Shown: positions 54,237-63,263 of the stretch, one piece after another
Layout: every line of letters begins with the position of its first letter
How positions within the stretch are numbered: position 1 is the first letter of the stretch
Assembly (NCBI GenBank): GCA_045594085.1
Contig: JAZNXW010000020.1
Span: 5,768 to 69,767 of the forward strand
Direction of reading: 5' to 3'
Origin: Eubacteriales bacterium
GTDB taxonomy: Bacteria > Bacillota > Clostridia > Oscillospirales > CAG-272
DNA length: 64,000 nt
Notes under the pieces: generated by a model
Databases searched by the model: none
Told to the model about the DNA's origin: nothing
The model's input: only the letters and a program-made list of their open reading frames with translations
Translations under genes and position numbers: made by a program

Positions 54237-54425
54237 AAATTCCTCCGCTTTTTTCGGATCTTTCATCCGAAAATCATATTTCATTAATTTATGATAACAC
54301 ACAAGTGCCGCAAAATCAATCTTTTTGGCAAAGTTGAGGCTGTACCTCGGACGTTTTTTCTGTTATAATGATAAAAACGTTCATAAAAAGGAGTCCGCAC
54401 TGTATTCTGCGGAGTATAATATCAA

Positions 54426-55184
54426 ATGCAACCCGTACTTTTGACAGCTCTCGGAGTCGGCGGCGCAACCGTGATCGGTGCGCTTTTCGGATTCATATTC
54501 AAAAAAATATCCCACAAATTCTCCGACATTGTCCTCTCATTCGCCGCAGGCGTTATGCTTGCAGCCGCCGTGATCGGACTCGTACTTCCGTCACTTGATT
54601 ACGGCGGAAGATTTGCACTTCCCGTAACGGTCGCGGGCGTCTTCTGCGGTGCACTTTGCGTCAACGTGATCGACCGCATCGTGCCTCATCTGCACAAGCT
54701 GACGGGAGGCGACGGAGAAGCGCATCCCGAAAGTCAGGAACGGCTGAGCAAGGTGCTCTTATTCGTCATCGCGATCGCCATACACAATCTGCCCGAGGGA
54801 ATCGCCGCGGGAGTAGGCTTCGGAACGGGTAACACCGCAGAAGCGCTCACGATCGCAGGAGGAATCGCACTGCAAAACATCCCCGAGGGCATGGTCATCA
54901 TCGGTCCGATGCTCGCGTCGGGCATAAGCCGCGGACGCACCCTCGCCATCGCCGCCGCAACGGGCGTGATCGAGGTCGTAGGAACTCTGCTCGGTTACTT
55001 TGCTGTCAGCATCTCATCCGCAATACTTCCCTTCGCGCTTGCCTTTGCAGGCGGAACCATGCTCTACGTCATCAGCGACGAAATGATCCCCGAAACGCAC
55101 GCGCACGGTGCCGAACGCGGCGCGACGTATTCGCTTCTCGTCGGATTCTGCCTGATGCTCGTCTTTGACGTTATGCTCGGATAA
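54426..55184 (+). CDS. ZIP-family divalent metal transporter (ZupT-like)
   Basis: 252-aa ORF with 8 TM helices, IAIHNLPEGIAAG and ALQNIPEG motifs. Confidence 0.88.
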   Translation: MQPVLLTALGVGGATVIGALFGFIFKKISHKFSDIVLSFAAGVMLAAAVIGLVLPSLDYGGRFALPVTVAGVFCGALCVNVIDRIVPHLHKLTGGDGEAHPESQERLSKVLLFVIAIAIHNLPEGIAAGVGFGTGNTAEALTIAGGIALQNIPEGMVIIGPMLASGISRGRTLAIAAATGVIEVVGTLLGYFAVSISSAILPFALAFAGGTMLYVISDEMIPETHAHGAERGATYSLLVGFCLMLVFDVMLG

Positions 55185-55190
55185 AAGAAA

Positions 55191-55222
55191 ACAAAAAGCT
55201 CCTCGTGCGAGGAGCTTTTTTT
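55191..55222. terminator. Bidirectional terminator between the ZIP gene and the P-type ATPase gene
   Basis: AAAAA, then GCTCCTC-GTGC-GAGGAGC, then TTTTTTT. Confidence 0.85.
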
Positions 55223-55226
55223 GTTT

Positions 55227-57839
55227 TTATCTGTTTTTCAGATGTCCGATGAGCTTACCGATCTCCATCACAACGAGCGGGACAAAAATAAGTCCGAGTC
55301 CGATGAGGTAAAGCTGCCAAGGAAGAGTTACAAGTTTGAATGCGATTCCGACGGGCGTGAAGAGCACGAGCGCAACGAGAAGAGTGGACGTGATCGCGGC
55401 AAGATTGAGGGTTTTGTTGCCGAACGGTCCGATACGGAAGAGCGAATGCTCGCTTCTCATATTGAACGCCTGAACGACCTGCGAAAGCGCAAGAATCATA
55501 AACGCGAGCGTCTGTCCGCCCTCGAGCGTACCCGTCACAATTTCACCGAGCTTGAAGCCGATGAGAGTGATCAGCGCGAACATACAGCCCTGAAGCACAA
55601 CACGAACGCCAAGCCCGCCTGCGAAGATACCTTCGTTTTTCGGTTTCGGCTTTTTGTCCATAACGTCGGCTTCGACAGCCTCCATACCGAGCGCGATGGC
55701 GGGAAGCGAGTCTGTCACGAGATTGATCCAGAGAAGCTGCATCGAAAGAAGCGGAGTTTTGTGCCAGAGAAGCATTGCGGCGAACACGGTAATAACCTCG
55801 CCGATGTTGGTTCCGAGCAGGAATCCGACAACCTTTTTGATATTCGAATAGATTCCTCTGCCCTCGCGGACTGCATCAACGATTGTGGCAAAATTGTCAT
55901 CAGTGAGCGTCATATCGGACGCGCCCTTGGCGACATCGGTGCCGGTGATACCCATTGCACAGCCGATATCTGCGGCTTTGAGCGCGGGAGCGTCGTTGAC
56001 ACCGTCACCGGTCATGGATACGACCTGACCTTTTCTCTGCCAAGCCTTGACTATGCGGATCTTATTTTCGGGCGAAACGCGCGCATAAACGCTGATTTCC
56101 TCGACCTGCTCATCGAGCTCACGGTCTGTCATGGCGTCAAGCTCCGCACCGGTGATGGCGCGGTCGCCGTCGAGAAGGATACCGAGCTCACGTGCGATTG
56201 CAGACGCGGTCACAACGTGGTCGCCCGTTATCATAACGGGCTTGATGCCCGCGCGGCGGCAGATGGCAACAGCCTCCTTCGCCTCGGGACGCGGCGGGTC
56301 GATCATACCCACAAGTCCCATAAACGTGAGACCGGATTCGAGCTCCTCGGAGGTGAGCTCCTCGGGGATAGAATCTATCTTTTTATATGCAACCGCAAGC
56401 ACGCGAAGAGCATCGCGGCTCATTGCTTCGGTCATTTCCTTTGCCGTGCCAAGATCTCCCGAGATACAGCGCGGAGCCATCATATCAAATGCGCCCTTGA
56501 CTATAACGACGTTTTCACCGTCGATAAGGTTGACAGTTGTCATCAGCTTACGGTCCGAATCGAACGGGATCTCCGCAAGTCTGGGATGCTTTTTGTTGAT
56601 GTCCTCTTTGGGAAGTCCGTTTTTATGAGCTGCGAGGACTATGGCAGTCTCAGTCGGGTCGCCTATATGCTGTTCCTCGTTATCGTGGAACACAACGGAG
56701 CCATCACAGCAAAGCGACGCGTACATAAGGAGATTTTTGACGTCATCGGTACAGTCGGATGTGATCGATTCGGGGGCAGAGGCGCCGTCAACGTAAGCCT
56801 TAACGAGAGTCATTCTGTTCTGAGTGAGCGTACCCGTCTTATCGGAGCAGATGACGGACGCACTTCCGAGCGTTTCAACAGCGGGAAGACGTCGGATAAG
56901 CGCATTTTTCTTGACCATACGCTGTACGCCGATGGAAAGCACAATCGTTACGATCGCGGGAAGTCCCTCGGGAATAGCGGAAACAGCGAGAGAGACCGCT
57001 GTCATAAATATCTCAAGAACGGGGATTCCGTTTGCAAGGCCAACGACAAAAATGATAGCGCAGGCGAGTATTGCGACAATACCGAGATACTTGCCAAGCT
57101 GTGCGAGCTTGTGCTGAAGAGGAGTCTGTCCCTCTCCTTCACCGTCGAGCAGGTTCGCGATCTTACCCATTTCGGTATCCATGCCGATAGCGGTAACAAC
57201 GGCTACAGCCGTACCGTACGTTATCGAACAACCGGAGAATACCATATTCGTTCTGTCACCGATAGGTGCCTTATCGTCGACCTCCGCGTTCGCATCCTTC
57301 TCGGACGGAACAGACTCACCCGTGAGCGCGGATTCCTCGGACTTGAGGCTGACGCTGTGCAAGAGTCTTGCGTCTGCGGGTACAAAATCTCCCGCCTCAA
57401 GGCGGATGATATCACCGGGAACGAGCTCGGATGCGTCGATGATCTTTTCTTCACCGTCACGGATAACGCGTGCGTGAGGCGCGGACATATTCTTCAGCGC
57501 ATCAAGAGCTTTTTCGGCTTTCCCCTCTTGGTAAACGCCCATGACCGCGTTAAGTATGACGATGAACAGTATGAGCGCGGGCTCGAAAAGCTCGCCCCAA
57601 TTCTTTTCAACGCACACAACGACAAACGAAATGATCGCCGCCGCGATCAGGATAAGGATCATAACGTCCTTGAACTGATCGAGAAAACGCTCGAGTGTCG
57701 TTTTTTTCTTTTTTTCCTTAAGTTTGTTTTCGCCGTATTTTTCTTGTCTGACACGAACCTCCTCGAACGACAGTCCTCGGGTCTGTTCTGTCTGAAGCTC
57801 AGCGAGGGCTTCTTCTTTTGATTTGCTGTGCAGTAACAC
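55227..57839 (-). CDS. Cation-transporting P-type ATPase (P2A/PMCA-SERCA-like, Ca2+/Mn2+ type)
   Basis: 870-aa ORF with a GTG start after GGAGGA. It has CSDKTGTLT, MITGDH, MTGDGVNDAPALK and an N-terminal cation-ATPase domain (LSFEEVRVRQEKYGENKL). Confidence 0.93.
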   Translation of the reverse strand: MLLHSKSKEEALAELQTEQTRGLSFEEVRVRQEKYGENKLKEKKKKTTLERFLDQFKDVMILILIAAAIISFVVVCVEKNWGELFEPALILFIVILNAVMGVYQEGKAEKALDALKNMSAPHARVIRDGEEKIIDASELVPGDIIRLEAGDFVPADARLLHSVSLKSEESALTGESVPSEKDANAEVDDKAPIGDRTNMVFSGCSITYGTAVAVVTAIGMDTEMGKIANLLDGEGEGQTPLQHKLAQLGKYLGIVAILACAIIFVVGLANGIPVLEIFMTAVSLAVSAIPEGLPAIVTIVLSIGVQRMVKKNALIRRLPAVETLGSASVICSDKTGTLTQNRMTLVKAYVDGASAPESITSDCTDDVKNLLMYASLCCDGSVVFHDNEEQHIGDPTETAIVLAAHKNGLPKEDINKKHPRLAEIPFDSDRKLMTTVNLIDGENVVIVKGAFDMMAPRCISGDLGTAKEMTEAMSRDALRVLAVAYKKIDSIPEELTSEELESGLTFMGLVGMIDPPRPEAKEAVAICRRAGIKPVMITGDHVVTASAIARELGILLDGDRAITGAELDAMTDRELDEQVEEISVYARVSPENKIRIVKAWQRKGQVVSMTGDGVNDAPALKAADIGCAMGITGTDVAKGASDMTLTDDNFATIVDAVREGRGIYSNIKKVVGFLLGTNIGEVITVFAAMLLWHKTPLLSMQLLWINLVTDSLPAIALGMEAVEADVMDKKPKPKNEGIFAGGLGVRVVLQGCMFALITLIGFKLGEIVTGTLEGGQTLAFMILALSQVVQAFNMRSEHSLFRIGPFGNKTLNLAAITSTLLVALVLFTPVGIAFKLVTLPWQLYLIGLGLIFVPLVVMEIGKLIGHLKNR

Positions 57840-57903
57840 TTGCAGATCCTCCGTAAAAATATTATTTGCGGTTCGTTCTGTGTCCGTTTCGGGAGCTTTT
57901 GCT

Positions 57904-57945
57904 AAAAAAACGGACTCATATATAACCGCAGGTCATATATGAGTC
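57904..57945 (-). terminator. Leader terminator upstream of the P-type ATPase gene
   Basis: On the minus strand: GACUCAUAUAU-N11-AUAUAUGAGUC followed by CGUUUUUUU, located about 65 nt before the start codon. Confidence 0.65.
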
Positions 57946-57961
57946 TCGCAAATTAAAACAA

Positions 57962-58025
57962 AACCGGACCTTTCGGTCGTGATGTTGGCTTGCTACGGCT
58001 GTGCCGTTCGCTACTCCCTCATAGG
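57962..58025 (-). promoter_or_regulatory. Structured leader element of unknown class (partial resemblance to the yybP-ykoY Mn2+ riboswitch L1 signature)
   Basis: The minus-strand sense is GAGGGAGUAGCGAACGGCACAGCCGUAGCAAGCCAACAUCACGACCGAAAGGUCCGG. GGGAGUAGCG and AGCAAG blocks flank a hairpin, but the second helical leg expected for yybP-ykoY is not evident. Confidence 0.3.
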
Positions 58026-58031
58026 AATTTT

Positions 58032-58060
58032 ATCATACCACAAATCTTCTCGGATTGCAA
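58032..58060 (-). promoter_or_regulatory. Promoter (TTGCAA-17-TGgTATGAT) of the ATPase leader
   Basis: The reverse complement of 58055-58060 is TTGCAA and of 58032-58037 is TATGAT, preceded by TGg. Confidence 0.55.
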
Positions 58061-58166
58061 TATCAGACGGTCAAATTTTAACAATTATTAATTTTTGCAT
58101 CCGATCGCGATTTTAATATTTCTCAAACATTTCGCAAACAACAAAAAAACATCGGAGAAATATAAT

Positions 58167-58580
58167 ATGCCCGTAAGTGAAAAACAGCACAAAGAAAGGC
58201 ACAGGCAAAAGAAAATGAACAGAAACGATCAGGAATATCTCGTACAGAAGATCCGTACACAGTACACGGAAAAGGAAGCAACGGAGCTCGACGCGCTCCG
58301 CACACTCGATGCAAAGGTAAAGCGTCCCGCAAACGTATTCGCATACACCTTCGGCTCGATCGGCGCTATCGTTATGGGAAGCGGTATGAGTCTCGTAATG
58401 ACCGACATCGGCTCCATGCTCGGCATGACCGAAACAATGATCCCCGGCATCGTGATCGGTATTGTCGGTATGCTTATGGCTATCATCAACTATCCTATCT
58501 ACAAGGGCATCCTCGGCGCAAGAAAGAAGAAATTCGCCGGCAAAATCATGGATCTCAGCAACAAAATTCTCAACAAATAA
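58167..58580 (+). CDS. Small membrane protein, function unknown (basic N-terminal helix plus two TM helices)
   Basis: The start is taken at ATG 58167 after GGAGAA, giving 137 aa. The TM segments are FAYTFGSIGAIVMGSGMSLVM and IPGIVIGIVGMLMAIINYPIY. Confidence 0.6.
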   Translation: MPVSEKQHKERHRQKKMNRNDQEYLVQKIRTQYTEKEATELDALRTLDAKVKRPANVFAYTFGSIGAIVMGSGMSLVMTDIGSMLGMTETMIPGIVIGIVGMLMAIINYPIYKGILGARKKKFAGKIMDLSNKILNK

Positions 58581-58607
58581 TCAAATCAAGCAAAGGAGAA
58601 AAGAATA

Positions 58608-58916
58608 ATGGGTATCAAAGCATTTTTTAAGAAGGCATTCGGTGACATGAAGGAATCCGCAAAGGCACAGCACGAGGTTGACAAGGCTGAATTTGCCGCT
58701 GCAAAGGCAGAAGCAAAAGCAAACTTTGAGGAAAACAGAGGTCACAACACCTATGCGAAGGCAAAAGCCGACGCTAAGAAGAGCTGGGATGATGCTCACA
58801 TGAGCCCTGCTGAGAGAGCCGAAAAGGCTCCGGCAGAACGCGACGAAAAGATCGCGGAAGCAAAAGCAAGAACCGAAGCGGCAAACGAACGCTACGACGC
58901 AGCAAAGAAAAAGTAA
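58608..58916 (+). CDS. Small K/A/E-rich helical protein, function unknown
   Basis: 102-aa ORF with RBS AAAGGAGAA. It has no TM segment and a low-complexity charged composition. Confidence 0.55.
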   Translation: MGIKAFFKKAFGDMKESAKAQHEVDKAEFAAAKAEAKANFEENRGHNTYAKAKADAKKSWDDAHMSPAERAEKAPAERDEKIAEAKARTEAANERYDAAKKK

Positions 58917-58986
58917 AAGCAAACGGATCAGCGAGGCGCACAGTCTCGCTTTTCCCGCTTAAAAAAGAACAAAAAAGGAGTAGAAA

Positions 58987-59889
58987 ATGAACGCTATTGA
59001 AATAAGAAATCTTTCTAAAAGCTTTCGCGGTATGTATGCGGTAGATCATCTTAATATGACTGTTCCTGTCGGAGCGATCTACGGATTCATCGGCGAAAAC
59101 GGTTCGGGTAAATCAACGACCGAGAAGCTCATCTGCGGTCACCTCGTTTCCGATGAAGGCGAGATCAAGCTTTTCGGACGCGATCACGATGACCCAGGCG
59201 TCCGTGTGAGAGTCGGCGCACTCATCGAAAATGCAGGATGCTTCCCCGGATCAAGTGTATATCAGAATCTCATGATGCAGTGTATAAATCTCGGCATTGA
59301 AAATCGTGACGAGGAGATCCGCCGAGTTCTCGAAATCGTCCGTATGGAAGACAATGCAAATATCAAGTTCAAGAGTTGTTCTCTCGGCATGAAACAGAGG
59401 ATCGGCATTGCTATGGCTCTGCTCGGTGATCCGGCTTTGCTTATTCCGGACGAGCCTATTAACGGTCTGGACACCGACGGTATGCGCATTATGCGTGAAA
59501 TTCTTGTAGATATTACGCAAAAGTATGGCTGTACTGTTCTCATTTCCTCACACATACTCGGTGAGCTTGAAAAGATCGCCACCCATTACGGCATTATCCG
59601 TCAGGGAAAGATGATCATGGAGCTGTCCGCCAAAGAAATGGACTCAAGAGCGCAGGTTTTTGTTTCTCTGAAGACAAAGGATATGAAGGGTGCTCAGGCA
59701 GTCTTGGCGGACAAATTTGCGGACGTCCGTTTCGAGGGCGAATACATCCGTGTTTATGACGTGGACGATACTGCCGCTATCGTAGATTTTTTGATGAAAA
59801 ACGGTCATGTTGTCAGCGAGATCAAAAAGAATAAGATCGGTCTCGAAGAATACTACATTGAACTGATGTCGCAGAAGGAGAGAAAGTAA
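58987..59889 (+). CDS. ABC transporter ATP-binding protein (ABC-2/bacitracin-lantibiotic-exporter type), module 1
   Basis: 300-aa ORF with Walker A GENGSGKST, signature CSLGMKQRIGIAMAL and Walker B LLIPDEPINGLD. Confidence 0.92.
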   Translation: MNAIEIRNLSKSFRGMYAVDHLNMTVPVGAIYGFIGENGSGKSTTEKLICGHLVSDEGEIKLFGRDHDDPGVRVRVGALIENAGCFPGSSVYQNLMMQCINLGIENRDEEIRRVLEIVRMEDNANIKFKSCSLGMKQRIGIAMALLGDPALLIPDEPINGLDTDGMRIMREILVDITQKYGCTVLISSHILGELEKIATHYGIIRQGKMIMELSAKEMDSRAQVFVSLKTKDMKGAQAVLADKFADVRFEGEYIRVYDVDDTAAIVDFLMKNGHVVSEIKKNKIGLEEYYIELMSQKERK

Positions 59890-59890
59890 T

Positions 59891-60730
59891 ATGACTCGTG
59901 AACTCAAATTTGAATCTCCGAGCTTCGGAAAAAGGCTGAAGGGAATGCTCGGCGTGGATTTTTACCGTCTTTTTCACACGCCGTTGTTCTATATTTTTGT
60001 TCTGATAGCGGCAATTATCCCTGCAATGATCCTTGGTACTACGGGAATGGAAAATCCGCAAACAGGCGTGGTCGCTCCTCCGCTTTATACAAACACGTGG
60101 AACATCATTGCAGCAGACAGTCCGCTTTATGTAATCAATGAGATCGGTGAATACGCCAATATGAACATGGTATTCATTTTTGGCGGTATCATGGTGTCCA
60201 TATTCATCGGTCACGATTATAAATCGGGCTACGTAAAGCAGCTTTTCACAACACACGCAAAGAAGCAGGACTATATGATCTCAAAGACCGTTGTCTGTGC
60301 TTTTGCAATGGCTTGTATGTGCATATCCTACCTCCTTGCCTCCATTGGCGCAGGCTTTGTTGCGGGAACCTCCTTTGAAGTGAATATCGGTTCGTTGGTT
60401 CTTGCAATTCTCGGTAAAATTGTTATGAGCCTCGGTTGGGCAAGCCTTTACACCTTCCTCAACATAATTTTCAGAAGATATTTCGGCATTTCCATTGCCT
60501 CATCTTTCTTCTTCGGTACAGGCATACTGATTATTGGTGCGGCCGCCATCGTTGAAGGTCTGTCGCTTCCTTCAAGCTTCCTCAATATCTTCCTTTACGG
60601 TTCTTCCGTAAATGCGTGCCTTACGAGCAATATCGGTACGCTCATCATTTGCCTTGTTGTATCGCTGGCTTGGACGGTTATTTATAATCTTGCAGGTACG
60701 CACATTCTCAATAAGAGCGACGTGTATTAA
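59891..60730 (+). CDS. ABC-2-type permease, module 1
   Basis: 279-aa ORF with 6 TM helices and a large first extracytoplasmic loop. The start abuts the ATPase stop. Confidence 0.8.
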   Translation: MTRELKFESPSFGKRLKGMLGVDFYRLFHTPLFYIFVLIAAIIPAMILGTTGMENPQTGVVAPPLYTNTWNIIAADSPLYVINEIGEYANMNMVFIFGGIMVSIFIGHDYKSGYVKQLFTTHAKKQDYMISKTVVCAFAMACMCISYLLASIGAGFVAGTSFEVNIGSLVLAILGKIVMSLGWASLYTFLNIIFRRYFGISIASSFFFGTGILIIGAAAIVEGLSLPSSFLNIFLYGSSVNACLTSNIGTLIICLVVSLAWTVIYNLAGTHILNKSDVY

Positions 60731-60744
60731 GGAGGCGGCACAAG

Positions 60745-61644
60745 ATGAATGCAGTTGAAATTAAAAATCTATCTAAAAACTTCGGCCCGAAACAGGCTGT
60801 TTGCGGCCTGGATATGACCGTTCCGATGGGTGCCATCTACGGTTTTATCGGTGAAAACGGTTCCGGTAAATCCACCACAGAAAAAATGATCTGCGGACTT
60901 ATCCCCACGAGCGGCGGCTCGATCAAGCTGTACGGCAAGGATTACACGGATCAGTCGGTTAGAGCCAAGGTCGGCGTACTGATTGAATCTCCCGGTTGCT
61001 TTCCCGGACTTACCGTTTGGGATAATATGATGCTTCAGGCGGCAAATCTGTCGATCCCCGACGCAGAAAAAGAGGTCGTCAAGGTGCTCAAAACAGTAAG
61101 AATGGAGGGCGCCGCAGGCAACAAGTACAAGAACTGCTCCCTCGGCATGAAGCAGAGAGTCGGCATTGCAATGGCACTCCTCGGCAATCCCACGCTTCTC
61201 GTGCTTGATGAACCGTTAAACGGACTTGACGCCGACGGCATGCGCATTATGCGTGAGGTATTTCTCGATGTGGTGAGCGATGGCAAGCGCAGTATTATTG
61301 TATCTTCCCATCTTCTTGGTGAACTGCAGAAGGTTGCGACGCATTATGGCATTATCCGTCACGGAAAAATGATCGTGGAAATGACGGCGGACGAGCTTGA
61401 CGCAAGCTGCCGCACTTACGTTGCCCTTCAGTCGGGCGAAATGAATCGTACCAAAATGCTTCTCGGCTGCAAATATTCCCGTGTGGAGGAAGATGAAGCA
61501 GGTTACATTCGTGTGTACGATCTGACCACCCCGGAAAAGATCGTAAAATATCTCTACGAAAACGGTATCCCGGCTACAGAAATAAAAACCGACAAGATCG
61601 GGCTTGAGGAATACTACATCGATCTTATGAAGGGAGGCAAATAA
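60745..61644 (+). CDS. ABC transporter ATP-binding protein, module 2 (paralogue of 58987-59889)
   Basis: 299-aa ORF with the same motif set (GENGSGKST, CSLGMKQRVGIAMAL, LLVLDEPLNGLD). It is colinear with module 1 over its full length. Confidence 0.92.
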   Translation: MNAVEIKNLSKNFGPKQAVCGLDMTVPMGAIYGFIGENGSGKSTTEKMICGLIPTSGGSIKLYGKDYTDQSVRAKVGVLIESPGCFPGLTVWDNMMLQAANLSIPDAEKEVVKVLKTVRMEGAAGNKYKNCSLGMKQRVGIAMALLGNPTLLVLDEPLNGLDADGMRIMREVFLDVVSDGKRSIIVSSHLLGELQKVATHYGIIRHGKMIVEMTADELDASCRTYVALQSGEMNRTKMLLGCKYSRVEEDEAGYIRVYDLTTPEKIVKYLYENGIPATEIKTDKIGLEEYYIDLMKGGK

Positions 61645-61646
61645 CA

Positions 61647-62456
61647 ATGGAAAACGCAGTAAAATTTGAATCCGTCAGCTTTGGAAAAAGACTTGGCAGT
61701 ATGCTGAAGGTCGATTTTCGCAGAATGTGGAGATCAAGACTCTTCTACATTTTGATCGCCTGCGCGCTCGTTATGCCGATCCTTATGACGGTAATGATGG
61801 CTATGATGGACGGCTCCGTTTCAGTTAATCCGCAGACCGGCGAAGAATCTGTGATGGTAGGTCCCGAAAACACTTGGCAAAACATCGGTACACTTCCCGG
61901 CGGCGAAGCCATGGGCGGAAACGATGTATTTATGATGTGCAACATCAATATGATGTTTATGGCGGTTGCCGTTTTCATCTGCCTGTTTGTTTCGGATGAT
62001 TTCAGAAGCGGATATGCAAAAAATTTGTTCACGGTCCGTGCAAAAAAGGGCGATTACGTCATTTCCAAAACACTTGCAGGCTTTGTTTGCGGAGCTTTTA
62101 TGCTGATCGCTTACTTTATCGGTGCTATGCTCGGCGGTGCGATTGCGGGACTTTCCTTTGATCTGCACGGCTTGAATGCGGGAAGTATCGTGCTGTGTAT
62201 GATCGCAAAGATCTTCCTGATGCTCGTGTTTGTTGCCATCGACGTGATCGTAAGCGTTGGTGCAAAGCAGAAGGCGTGGCTTTGTCTCTGCGGCTCTCTC
62301 GGTGCGGGAATGCTGCTCTTTATGATGGTATCTATGATCACCCCTCTTGGCTCTACATTAATGAACGTTATCCTCTGCCTTGCAGGTGGCGTATTGTTCA
62401 GTGCAGGACTCGGTGCTATCAGTACAAAAATATTGGCAAAAACAAGCTTGGTATAA
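61647..62456 (+). CDS. ABC-2-type permease, module 2 (paralogue of 59891-60730)
   Basis: 269-aa ORF. Its N-terminal KFESVSFGKRLGSMLKVDFRRMW parallels LKFESPSFGKRLKGMLGVDFYRLF of module 1. It has 6 TM helices. Confidence 0.8.
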   Translation: MENAVKFESVSFGKRLGSMLKVDFRRMWRSRLFYILIACALVMPILMTVMMAMMDGSVSVNPQTGEESVMVGPENTWQNIGTLPGGEAMGGNDVFMMCNINMMFMAVAVFICLFVSDDFRSGYAKNLFTVRAKKGDYVISKTLAGFVCGAFMLIAYFIGAMLGGAIAGLSFDLHGLNAGSIVLCMIAKIFLMLVFVAIDVIVSVGAKQKAWLCLCGSLGAGMLLFMMVSMITPLGSTLMNVILCLAGGVLFSAGLGAISTKILAKTSLV

Positions 62457-62460
62457 TTAA

Positions 62461-62497
62461 CAAGGCAACGCTCTTTCGCGTTGCCTTGCTTTATTTG
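62461..62497 (+). terminator. Terminator after ABC module 2
   Basis: CAAGGCAACGC-TCTTTC-GCGTTGCCTTG followed by CTTTATTTG. Confidence 0.75.
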
Positions 62498-62591
62498 GGA
62501 ATCAACATTAAAAAAATCAAAACGTAAACAAAACTTTAACATTTGGGTGATATACTGTATAATGAATTAAAGTATACGCGGAGGTAATGCT

Positions 62592-63263
62592 ATGTTTAAG
62601 ATATTGGTTGTTGAGGATGACAGAGAGCTGAACCGAACAGTCTGCTCATTTTTAAATCACAACGGCTACGAAGCCGTCGGATGCCTTAATGCAAACGAAG
62701 CCTACGACGCGCTTTATTCCAATATGTTTGATCTTATAGTTTCCGACATTATGATGCCGAGAGTTGACGGATTTGAGTTTGCCCGGAACGTGCGCGAGCT
62801 TAACGATGACATACCGATCCTGTTTATGACTGCCCGCGACGATATTGCCTCCAAGCAGAAAGGCTTCCGCATCGGCGTAGATGATTACATGGTCAAGCCC
62901 ATCGACCTTGACGAGCTGTTTTTACGCATCGGCGCACTTCTTCGCCGTGCCAAGATCGCATCAAGCCGCAAGCTCGAGATAGGCAGCTTCACTATGGACG
63001 CGGACGAGCACACCGCATACCTTGACGGCGACGAGATCCCGATGACAAACCGCGAATTCAGCATACTCTATAAGTTCCTCTCGTATCCGAAAAAGACCTT
63101 TACTCGCACACAGCTTATGGACGAATTCTGGGATGCCGACACCGAAACGGCACCGAGAGCCGTTGACGTTTATATGACCAAGCTCCGCGGAAAGCTCGCA
63201 AATTGTAAGGATTTTGAGATCGTGACCGTTCACGGGCTTGGATATAAGGCGGTGATAAAGTGA
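62592..63263 (+). CDS. OmpR/PhoB-family response regulator
   Basis: 223-aa ORF with a receiver domain (VVEDD...LIVSDIMMPRVDG...) and a winged-helix Trans_reg_C domain (...VHGLGYKAV). Confidence 0.93.
   Translation: MFKILVVEDDRELNRTVCSFLNHNGYEAVGCLNANEAYDALYSNMFDLIVSDIMMPRVDGFEFARNVRELNDDIPILFMTARDDIASKQKGFRIGVDDYMVKPIDLDELFLRIGALLRRAKIASSRKLEIGSFTMDADEHTAYLDGDEIPMTNREFSILYKFLSYPKKTFTRTQLMDEFWDADTETAPRAVDVYMTKLRGKLANCKDFEIVTVHGLGYKAVIK

Noticed and set aside
54303-54425. Zur/Fur-type operator upstream of the ZIP transporter gene
   Set aside because: Only a weak partial palindrome (TTATAATGATAAAAACGTTCATAA) is present. It does not match the Zur box I remember well enough to call.
55221-57821. 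866-aa ORF on the plus strand
   Set aside because: It lies exactly antisense to the 870-aa P-type ATPase gene, which carries all canonical motifs (DKTGTLT, TGD, GDGVNDAPAL). The plus-strand product is low-complexity, with no motifs, RBS or promoter. It is a shadow ORF produced by the codon bias of the real gene.
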